The notes beneath the pieces were generated by a model. That model did not search any database. It saw only the letters and a program-made list of their open reading frames with translations, and was not told the DNA's origin. A stretch of DNA of 64,000 nucleotides, from assembly GCA_019187365.1 (NCBI GenBank), contig JABARE010000046.1:54625-118624 (forward strand), in the 5' to 3' direction. Numbering within the stretch: position 1 is the stretch's first letter; each line of letters opens with the position of its first letter. Source of the DNA: Saprospiraceae bacterium (lineage in GTDB: Bacteria > Bacteroidota > Bacteroidia > Chitinophagales > Saprospiraceae). Position numbers and translations under genes: made by a program. Shown in pieces: positions 38,314 through 46,053 of the stretch.

Positions 38314-39144
38314 TTGACAGCGAACAGAAGTTTTTTTTTACACGTCCTCAATTATGCCTGGATATTGTTCATCCTGGGAATGGCGTTGTTGCTATGGTTG
38401 CATACGCTGAAACTGGAAGACCGCATTTTAGAGAGGGCTCCGGTTGCAGTTGAATGCGAAGCTGGAATTTCAGCCAGTCGGGTCGCGGAAATCGACAAAT
38501 GGATCAGCGAACTGCCAGAAACGGTAGCGGGGAGTCTGCAACGAATCGGAGCAGAGGAATTGCGGCAGGTCTTGCCCGATGAGCTCCCTACCGACAGTGC
38601 CGTAGCAGAAGCTGCTGCCGCTTTAAATGCCATTTTCGTATTTAGACTCACTAAACCCACTTACAGCAAACAGGGACTCGAAACATTCAAGCAAAAGGTG
38701 GAAGCGCACGATGGCATCCGTCAACTGAGTTATCAGAACGAGCTGACAGAAGACATAGGTCAGTCGATTGCCCGGCTTCGGAGCGCTTTACTGCTCATCG
38801 TCCTTTTGCTGGTGGGAGTCGGAATATTGATCACTTCGTACCTCGCTCAGGTTTTCGTCGATTCCCGGAGCGCCGTCATACTCAATTGGCACGCCCTGGG
38901 GGCATCGCCTGAGCAGATCCTGAAAAACTACCGCCGACGGCTCCTCTTCCTGGGTGTTTCATCGGCCCTGATCGCTGCCAGCCTGGTGGGGTCATTGCTG
39001 GTGCTGTTGGGATATTTCCTACCCTGGACACAAAGCTGGATCGAAACGGCAAAATTCTTTTGGCTCCTGTTCGTTTTAATTATTTTCGGACCAACTTTGC
39101 AGTACGTTCTCGTAAACAATAAGATCCGGAGGTTAATTCAATAA
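38314..39144 (+). CDS. ftsX: FtsX-like permease (cell-division ABC transporter permease family)
   Basis: It has an N-terminal TM helix, a roughly 100-aa periplasmic domain and three C-terminal TM helices. The start is uncertain: in-frame TTG 38314 keeps the first TM intact, while the first ATG after the glycosyltransferase stop is 38380. Confidence 0.65.
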   Translation: MTANRSFFLHVLNYAWILFILGMALLLWLHTLKLEDRILERAPVAVECEAGISASRVAEIDKWISELPETVAGSLQRIGAEELRQVLPDELPTDSAVAEAAAALNAIFVFRLTKPTYSKQGLETFKQKVEAHDGIRQLSYQNELTEDIGQSIARLRSALLLIVLLLVGVGILITSYLAQVFVDSRSAVILNWHALGASPEQILKNYRRRLLFLGVSSALIAASLVGSLLVLLGYFLPWTQSWIETAKFFWLLFVLIIFGPTLQYVLVNNKIRRLIQ

Positions 39145-39147
39145 GAC

Positions 39148-39456
39148 ATGGGAGAAGCTCAACGCAAAAAATCCTCTTCAAAACCGACGGCAGCGCCTGC
39201 CGCAAAAGTTCACCAACGCATCCAGGCTGCTGGATCGGTGACCTATGGTCGCACCCAATACCTTTGGATGTTGGCCGGAGTCGCCTGCATTGTCCTCGGT
39301 TTAATCCTGATGTTAGGCGGCGGAATGCCCGATGCCGAGACCTGGGACGAATCGCTGATCTACAGTCACCGGAGGCTGACCCTGGCTCCGTTGATGATCG
39401 TCATCGGTCTGGGCCTTCAGGTTTTTGCCATTTTCAAAGTGCGCAAACCGGAGTGA
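39148..39456 (+). CDS. small two-TM membrane protein (DUF3098-like)
   Basis: 102 aa with two TM helices. It has the conserved Bacteroidota position directly after ftsX. Confidence 0.65.
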   Translation: MGEAQRKKSSSKPTAAPAAKVHQRIQAAGSVTYGRTQYLWMLAGVACIVLGLILMLGGGMPDAETWDESLIYSHRRLTLAPLMIVIGLGLQVFAIFKVRKPE

Positions 39457-39475
39457 CACCCTCTTGCCCGGGGTA

Positions 39476-40231
39476 ATGCCTGCACATTTGGTCATTTCAG
39501 CTCCATCTGGATCGGATTTCCCCTTTTGGGATGCACATCACACAGAAGCACCAGACCTTTCCGGAGGCTGCCTTCTATTAATTGACAAGCCCTATGGTTG
39601 CAGTTCGTTTGATGTAATCCGTTCTCTTCAGCGCTTTCGCTGCAACCGAAACGTGCGCATCGGCCACGCCGGAACCCTTGACCCCCTGGCCACCGGACTG
39701 CTGATCCTCGCCACCGCGCGACTCACCAAGGAAATAGGCCACTTCCAGGGGCTTCCCAAACGCTACACCGGGCGCATTTGCCTCGGCTATGACAGACCCA
39801 GCTATGACCTCGAGACCCCAATATGCAGACATATCCCACCCGGTGAACTGAGCAAAGAGGCTCTGGATACTGTGCGACGGTCGCTGACTGGTGAACTTTT
39901 ACTGCGCCCTCCCCTGCATTCGGCCATCAGGACCGAGGGCGTCCGGGCCTACAAACTGGCGCGTGGAGGGTCTGATCATTCGCTTGAACCAAGAGCCATG
40001 ACGGTCGATCAATTTGAGATCGATGCGAACCACCTTCCCGAACTGGGATTCGAGATCCGTTGCAGCAAGGGCACATACATCCGCAGCATCGCTGCCGTAT
40101 TCGGAGAGCGCCTGGGCTGCGGTGCATACCTCTCGGCACTGCGCAGAACGGCGATTGGACCTTATGAGGTGAACGCAGCGTGGACCATGGATCGACTTTT
40201 AGACTTATCCTGGCCGGGTAGCCAACGATAA
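39476..40231 (+). CDS. truB: tRNA pseudouridine(55) synthase
   Basis: It has the GHAGTLDPLATGLL catalytic motif. ATG is at 39476. Confidence 0.9.
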   Translation: MPAHLVISAPSGSDFPFWDAHHTEAPDLSGGCLLLIDKPYGCSSFDVIRSLQRFRCNRNVRIGHAGTLDPLATGLLILATARLTKEIGHFQGLPKRYTGRICLGYDRPSYDLETPICRHIPPGELSKEALDTVRRSLTGELLLRPPLHSAIRTEGVRAYKLARGGSDHSLEPRAMTVDQFEIDANHLPELGFEIRCSKGTYIRSIAAVFGERLGCGAYLSALRRTAIGPYEVNAAWTMDRLLDLSWPGSQR

Positions 40232-40248
40232 TTGCTTTTTCCCGTTAT

Positions 40249-40256
40249 TACCTTTG
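40249..40256 (+). promoter_or_regulatory. Bacteroidota -7 promoter box TACCTTTG upstream of gldA
   Basis: It is a perfect TAnnTTTG match 22 nt before ATG 40279. Confidence 0.5.
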
Positions 40257-40278
40257 CACCTCGCATGAAGAAAGGCAG

Positions 40279-41208
40279 ATGTCGGTAATCGTACGCGATT
40301 TGAGCAAGTCCTTTGGCCACCAGACTGCGGTGGACCAACTTGGATTCTCCGCACAAAAGGGGGAGGTCCTGGGTTTTCTGGGGCCGAATGGCGCAGGAAA
40401 AACCACGACGATGAAGATGATCTGCGGGTTTCTGAGGCCGGATTCAGGACGCATTGAAGTATGCGGCATGGACGTTGGTGCCGATCCCATCCGTTCGCGC
40501 GCCCACATCGGTTACCTGCCCGAAAACAATCCTTTGTACAAAGACATGTACGTGCGGGAATTCCTGCAGTTTTTTGGCCGTCTTTGCAAGACAGACAGGC
40601 TGGACCGGCGCATCGACCAGCTCATCGCTGCAACCGGACTTGGAAACGAGCAGAACAAGCTCATAGGCTCTTTGTCAAAAGGTTACCGCCAGCGCGTGGG
40701 TCTTTGCCAGGCGCTGATCAACGATCCCGAGGTGCTCATCCTCGACGAACCTACCAGTGGACTGGACCCCAACCAGCTCGTAGGCATACGCCAATTGATA
40801 CGCGAAATCGGAAGCGAAAAAACCCTGATCTTCAGCAGTCACATCATGCAGGAAGTGCAGGCCCTGTGCGACCGCGTCATCATCCTGAGCAAAGGAAGGC
40901 TTGTCGCCGATGCCCCCATCGCACAATTGATGCACCTGCGCGGAAACGGTCTCAGCATCATTGTCGAATTCACTCAGCCTGTGCCGGATGAATTTTTTAC
41001 CGGGATCTCCGGCATCACCAGGCGGGAGCGACTGGGCAAAAGCAGCTTCCGGCTGCACTGCAAAGCCGGTGCGGATCCTCGGGATGCTGTCTTTCAGAAG
41101 GCGGCTGCAACAAAGTTGTCCATCCGCGAGCTGCGAGAAGAAAAATCTAGTGTGGAAGAAGTATTCAATTTACTCACCAGCGACCAATCCGATGTGGGCC
41201 CTGTTTAA
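40279..41208 (+). CDS. gldA: gliding-motility-associated ABC transporter ATP-binding subunit
   Basis: It has Walker A GPNGAGKTT, the signature LSKGYRQRV and Walker B LILDEPT. It is followed by gldF and gldG. Confidence 0.88.
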   Translation: MSVIVRDLSKSFGHQTAVDQLGFSAQKGEVLGFLGPNGAGKTTTMKMICGFLRPDSGRIEVCGMDVGADPIRSRAHIGYLPENNPLYKDMYVREFLQFFGRLCKTDRLDRRIDQLIAATGLGNEQNKLIGSLSKGYRQRVGLCQALINDPEVLILDEPTSGLDPNQLVGIRQLIREIGSEKTLIFSSHIMQEVQALCDRVIILSKGRLVADAPIAQLMHLRGNGLSIIVEFTQPVPDEFFTGISGITRRERLGKSSFRLHCKAGADPRDAVFQKAAATKLSIRELREEKSSVEEVFNLLTSDQSDVGPV

Positions 41209-41923
41209 AAAGGAGATCGCTTCGTTTTTTAGCAACGTGGCTGGCTACATGGTCACGGGCAGTTTCGTGCTCATTCTCGGACTGATCTTGTGGATTTTCC
41301 CGGATTTTAGCATCCTCGAATACAACTATGCCGGGCTCGACCAGCTATTTTCTATAGCACCTATGGTGTTTTTGTTTCTCATTCCCGCAGTCACCATGCG
41401 CAGTTTTTCGGAAGAAATGCAGGCGGGGACCTTTGAACTGCTGATGACGCGACCGATTCATCCCTGGGAAATCGTCGGGGGAAAGTTTCTGGCCTCCCTT
41501 GCACTTTGCCTCATGGCCTTGTTCCCAACCCTCATTTATTATTACAGCATCTACCAGTTGGGCTCCCCGGTCGGAAACATCGACGGCGGTGCGGTATTGG
41601 GCTCCTACATCGGACTGATCTTTTTAGCCGCCGGATTTTGTGCCATTGGCCTGTTCACCTCCACATTGACGAAAAGTCAGATCGTCGCCTTTCTTGCTGC
41701 GGTAGCGCTCTGTTACCTGTTCTATTACGGTTTCTATTTCGCAGCAAAACTTCCGCCGTTTTTCGGCAAAACCGACGCGATCGTCGAAAAGCTGGGCATG
41801 GATTACCACTATACCTCTCTGTCAAGAGGGCTGATCGATCTGCGCGACCTGGTCTATTTCGCAAGCATCGCCTTTTTCTTTTTATTTCTCACTGCAGAAT
41901 CCCTGCGCACTCGCCGAAACTGA
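41192..41923 (+). CDS. gldF: gliding-motility-associated ABC transporter permease
   Basis: 243 aa from ATG 41192 (MWALFKKEIASFFSNVAGYMV), with 6 TM helices. It overlaps the gldA 3' end by 17 nt. Confidence 0.85.
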   Translation: MWALFKKEIASFFSNVAGYMVTGSFVLILGLILWIFPDFSILEYNYAGLDQLFSIAPMVFLFLIPAVTMRSFSEEMQAGTFELLMTRPIHPWEIVGGKFLASLALCLMALFPTLIYYYSIYQLGSPVGNIDGGAVLGSYIGLIFLAAGFCAIGLFTSTLTKSQIVAFLAAVALCYLFYYGFYFAAKLPPFFGKTDAIVEKLGMDYHYTSLSRGLIDLRDLVYFASIAFFFLFLTAESLRTRRN

Positions 41924-41924
41924 T

Positions 41925-43619
41925 ATGCCATTCAATGCAACAGAACGCTGGGTGCGCATCGCGCTGGTACTGGGGATCCTGATCTTTCTCAACATCCTAT
42001 TGTCGTTTGTCAGGCTGGAACTGGACTTCACCGAAGACAAGCGATACAGTTTGACGCGTGGAAGCCTGAATACACTGGAGCAAACACGCGAAGCCATCTA
42101 CGTACGCGTTTTGCTGGATGGAGATTTTCCCTCGGGCTTTAAACGCCTGCAGCATTCGGTCATCGACCTGCTACGCCAATTTAGAAGCATAAACCCCCAA
42201 ATCGAATTTTCGGTAGAAGATCCAAACTCCGGCTCCCCCGAGGAGATCAACGAGATGCGCGAAAAACTATCAAAAGACGGACTTCTGCCCATCAACCTGA
42301 AGGTACAGACCGGTACCGGAAAATCCGAACAGTTGATCTTTCCTTATGCAGTGTTCAATCTCGGCGAGCGCAAAATTGCCGTAAACCTCGTAGAACACGA
42401 CCCTGCACTTGATCAGGAGGCAAATATCAGTCAATCCATTTCACAGCTTGAGTACAAGTTCGTCAATGCGCTGTCTAAGCTGCAGCAAAAAGAAAAAAAG
42501 AACATCCTCTTCACCGCTTCATCCGGGGAGTTGCCGGAAGAAAACACCCTTGCCGTACAACAGCAACTTCGTCCCTTTTACCATGTCGTACGAGCCGATC
42601 TGGACAGCCTCTATTCCATAAAGGAGTCCGTTGATCTCGTCATCGTCGCAAGGCCACTTCAGCCTTTCAGCGAGCGCAACAAGTTCATACTCGACCAATA
42701 CCTGATGCAGGGTGGAAAAATATTGTGGATGGTCGATGTACTTCAAATCGGAATAGACAGTTTCACGTACCGCCAGGATTTTATCCCAGAGCCTCTCGAC
42801 CTCAACCTCAGCGATTTGTTCTTCCAATACGGTATCCGCATCGATCCCACCCTGGTACTCGACATGGAATGTGCCAGAATTGCACAGGTGATCGGCAAAG
42901 TCGGCGACAAACCGCAGATCGAATTGTTTCCGTGGAACTACTTTCCACTTGCAGCTCCCTACAGCAACCACCCGATTGTAAACAACATCGACCGCATTCT
43001 GCTCGATTTTCCCGCAAAGATAGACACCGTAAAATCGGCAGGTTCTGTAACCAAGACGCCACTCATTGTTTCTTCTCCCTACAGCCGCTTTCAGCTCGCG
43101 CCTGCGCGCGTAGGCTTTGATATGCTTCGCTATGCTCCCGATGCAAGCAAATTCGACAAACCCCATTTGATCATGGGCGTTTTGCTGGAAGGACAATTCA
43201 AATCGCTATACGCCAACCGACCCGAACAATCGATGCTCGAAGCCATGGAGAAACTCGGACTCAGCTTCCGCACAGAAAGTCAAAAAGCGGCGATGATCAT
43301 CGTATCCGATGGCGACCTCATCCGCAATTATTACGATGCTTCCACGGATAAATTCTCACCTGTAGGATACAGCAAATTTGAAAAGACCACCTACAACGGC
43401 AACCGCGCGTTTTTCCTGAATGCTGTTGAATACCTGGTCAGTGAAGAAAACATTCTTGAAGCGCGTGGCAAGGAATTTAAGATCCGCATGTTGGACCAGG
43501 TAAAAATATCCCGCGAAAAATCATTCTGGCAGCTCCTCAACACTGCATTACCACTTGTGTTGTTGCTATTGGGTGGGCAAGTGCACCGCTACCTCCGCAA
43601 AAAGAAATACACCACCTGA
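41925..43619 (+). CDS. gldG: gliding-motility-associated ABC transporter substrate-binding/accessory component
   Basis: 564 aa with N- and C-terminal TM anchors around a large periplasmic domain. It begins 1 nt after gldF. Confidence 0.85.
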   Translation: MPFNATERWVRIALVLGILIFLNILLSFVRLELDFTEDKRYSLTRGSLNTLEQTREAIYVRVLLDGDFPSGFKRLQHSVIDLLRQFRSINPQIEFSVEDPNSGSPEEINEMREKLSKDGLLPINLKVQTGTGKSEQLIFPYAVFNLGERKIAVNLVEHDPALDQEANISQSISQLEYKFVNALSKLQQKEKKNILFTASSGELPEENTLAVQQQLRPFYHVVRADLDSLYSIKESVDLVIVARPLQPFSERNKFILDQYLMQGGKILWMVDVLQIGIDSFTYRQDFIPEPLDLNLSDLFFQYGIRIDPTLVLDMECARIAQVIGKVGDKPQIELFPWNYFPLAAPYSNHPIVNNIDRILLDFPAKIDTVKSAGSVTKTPLIVSSPYSRFQLAPARVGFDMLRYAPDASKFDKPHLIMGVLLEGQFKSLYANRPEQSMLEAMEKLGLSFRTESQKAAMIIVSDGDLIRNYYDASTDKFSPVGYSKFEKTTYNGNRAFFLNAVEYLVSEENILEARGKEFKIRMLDQVKISREKSFWQLLNTALPLVLLLLGGQVHRYLRKKKYTT

Positions 43620-44665
43620 TGCTGAGAAATCAACAAAATCTGTGGGTTCTTACCGCTGTATTTGTCCTGCTCGGAGCGACCAGCTGGTATCTGCTTCGCC
43701 GCGACCCACATGGGACGGAAAAAATTACAGCCGAACGGGCTTTTGCCGTTGAGCGGGTGGAGGACATCCGCCAGATCGTCCTGAACAATCCCGTCGGAGA
43801 TTCGATTTTTCTTGAAAAAACGGGCGACGCGTGGCTTGTAAACGGAAGGTACAAAGCCTTTCCCAATGCAGTCACCAACCTGCTGCAGACATTAACGAGT
43901 GTTAGGATGCAGTCGATTCCGCCCAAATCCTACATCAAAACCATTTTTGAAGGAATGAGGGGTTCAGGTATCCGCGTCATGTTGTTCGACAAAAATTCAA
44001 GGATACTAAAAGATTACATCGTTGGTGGAAGTACTTTGCGCGAAGACGGCAACTTTTTTCTCATGGACGGTTCCCGGCAGCCTTACATCGTGGGCATTCC
44101 GAATTTTGTTGGAAACGTCCGCGAGCGTTACGACCTCAGTTTAAATGATTGGCGCGACCGCTCGGTGATTGATGTGGATCCGGAGCGGATCGAGTCCTTT
44201 TCCATTGAATACCCCTATCATCCGGAACACAGTTTCGGAATGATCAAAAAAGAAAACCGCTTTTTCGTCCATGACCCGGTACAGGGAGGAAGTGAAGGTG
44301 GCCCCCTGTCGGAAAAGCGCGTGCGCGATTTTCTTGAATCCCTTCCAGACGCAGGGGCCGAAGGCATACAAAACAACAACCCTAACAGGGAAAAAATCGT
44401 AGCCTTGAGTCCGTACTGCAGGATCGCCATCCGCGAAGCCGGTAAAAATCAAGCACTGGAACTTTCCTTCTATCCCATCGCAACCGACACTTCGGGGAAC
44501 GCGGTGATTGCCGAAAACCACGGGCAACTTCCGGACACCACCTTTTTTCGCCTCCACGCTCAAAGGAGCGATGGCGATTTCCTGCTGGTGCAATATCCCG
44601 TCGTCAGGCATTTGTTCGTCCGCAAAACTGACTTTGTCCGGGACCTCGACCAGGGAGTTCAATAA
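43619..44665 (+). CDS. DUF4340-like periplasmic protein co-transcribed with gldG
   Basis: 348 aa with an N-terminal TM helix. Its ATG overlaps the gldG stop (TGATG). The family call is from memory of the usual gldG neighbour. Confidence 0.65.
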   Translation: MLRNQQNLWVLTAVFVLLGATSWYLLRRDPHGTEKITAERAFAVERVEDIRQIVLNNPVGDSIFLEKTGDAWLVNGRYKAFPNAVTNLLQTLTSVRMQSIPPKSYIKTIFEGMRGSGIRVMLFDKNSRILKDYIVGGSTLREDGNFFLMDGSRQPYIVGIPNFVGNVRERYDLSLNDWRDRSVIDVDPERIESFSIEYPYHPEHSFGMIKKENRFFVHDPVQGGSEGGPLSEKRVRDFLESLPDAGAEGIQNNNPNREKIVALSPYCRIAIREAGKNQALELSFYPIATDTSGNAVIAENHGQLPDTTFFRLHAQRSDGDFLLVQYPVVRHLFVRKTDFVRDLDQGVQ

Positions 44666-44768
44666 ATTTTGAGCCGGATTTACAGATCCCTCCTCGGCGG
44701 TCAAAAAGTAGAAGCACACCATTGGTGTTGAAAGGCCCTACTTTTCACTAAAATACCGGCCCTGTCAC

Positions 44769-46016
44769 ATGGACAGAAAACGACATCTTATCGCTGCTGT
44801 TTGCACAATAGCAAGCATATCCCCGCAAGCAAGGTTTTCGTACGACGCTAGCTGGGGCTTTTATGCCCACCGGCTGATAAACCGCCTGGCCGTGTTTACC
44901 CTGCCGGAGCAGATGATCGAATTTTACAAAGTCAACATCGACTACATCACCGACCACGCGGTAGATCCGGATAAGCGACGTTATGCCGTTAAGGCGGAAG
45001 CCATGCGCCATTACATCGACCTGGACCAGTGGATCCATTCCGAAACCGACGACCTGCCACGCGACTTTGCAAGCGCTTTGCTGCAGCGTTCGAAATTTTA
45101 CCTCTCGATCGATGGAGAAGCCCTATCCCTCTTTCGGGATTCCATTCAAATAGCACTTGACCCCGACACCCTTTGGTTATCCGACAGCGTGCTTCTAATG
45201 GTTTGCCCTGCTCGCAATTACTGGACGCTGATGGAATTTCGTATCTGCCTGTATGAGAATCTGATGCCGGAATACGATCCTGCATCCTGGTCTGTTCCGG
45301 TGACCCGGCTCGGCGGACCCTTTGCTTCCCTGACCACGCATGGAGTTCTGGTCATCGATGACCGGTTCTGCCCTCACGGAATCCTGCCTTATCACCTTGA
45401 GCGCTGCCATCGCCAACTCGTCCATGCGTTCCGTGCGGAAGACCCGGTGCGCATCTTGCGGTTGTCGGCCGAGTTGGGTCACTACCTTGGAGACGCACAC
45501 GTTCCATTGCACACTTCGAAAAATTACAACGGCCAGTTAACCGGACAGGATGGAATCCATGCATTCTGGGAAAGCAGAATTCCGGAACTGTTTGCTGCTG
45601 ACTCGTTCGATTACTTTGTTGGCCCGGCATATTTTCTGGACGACATCCGCGCAGCAATTTGGAAAATCATTTTCGAAAGTCATTGTGGGGTGGAGGATAT
45701 TTTGCAGACAGAGCGCACGCTGCGGTCCGTGACACCCGAAGATCAACAATACTGTTTCGAACCGCGCGGCGGATCGTTGACGATGCAGGCCTGCAGAAAC
45801 TACGCAGCTGCATTCAACGCCCGTCTCAACGGACAGGTGGAGCAACGGATGCGATCGTGCATCCTGGCCACGGGATGTTTTTGGATGAGCGCCTGGGTTG
45901 AGGCGGGACAACCGGATCTTCTTAGACTCTACGATAAAAAAACATCCTTGGGCGATACCACAAAATCTACCCCACCCCTTGCCCCTTCATGGCAATGGCT
46001 CCGTCAGCACGAATGA
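44769..46016 (+). CDS. zinc-dependent phospholipase C / S1-P1 nuclease superfamily protein
   Basis: 415 aa. The WGFYAH motif after a weak signal peptide fits an N-terminal Trp zinc ligand. It also has HYIDLD and HYLGDAHVPLH metal-binding motifs. Confidence 0.6.
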   Translation: MDRKRHLIAAVCTIASISPQARFSYDASWGFYAHRLINRLAVFTLPEQMIEFYKVNIDYITDHAVDPDKRRYAVKAEAMRHYIDLDQWIHSETDDLPRDFASALLQRSKFYLSIDGEALSLFRDSIQIALDPDTLWLSDSVLLMVCPARNYWTLMEFRICLYENLMPEYDPASWSVPVTRLGGPFASLTTHGVLVIDDRFCPHGILPYHLERCHRQLVHAFRAEDPVRILRLSAELGHYLGDAHVPLHTSKNYNGQLTGQDGIHAFWESRIPELFAADSFDYFVGPAYFLDDIRAAIWKIIFESHCGVEDILQTERTLRSVTPEDQQYCFEPRGGSLTMQACRNYAAAFNARLNGQVEQRMRSCILATGCFWMSAWVEAGQPDLLRLYDKKTSLGDTTKSTPPLAPSWQWLRQHE

Positions 46017-46053
46017 TGGGCAATACTTTCAAACGCTCTGTGCGCTGAGGGCA

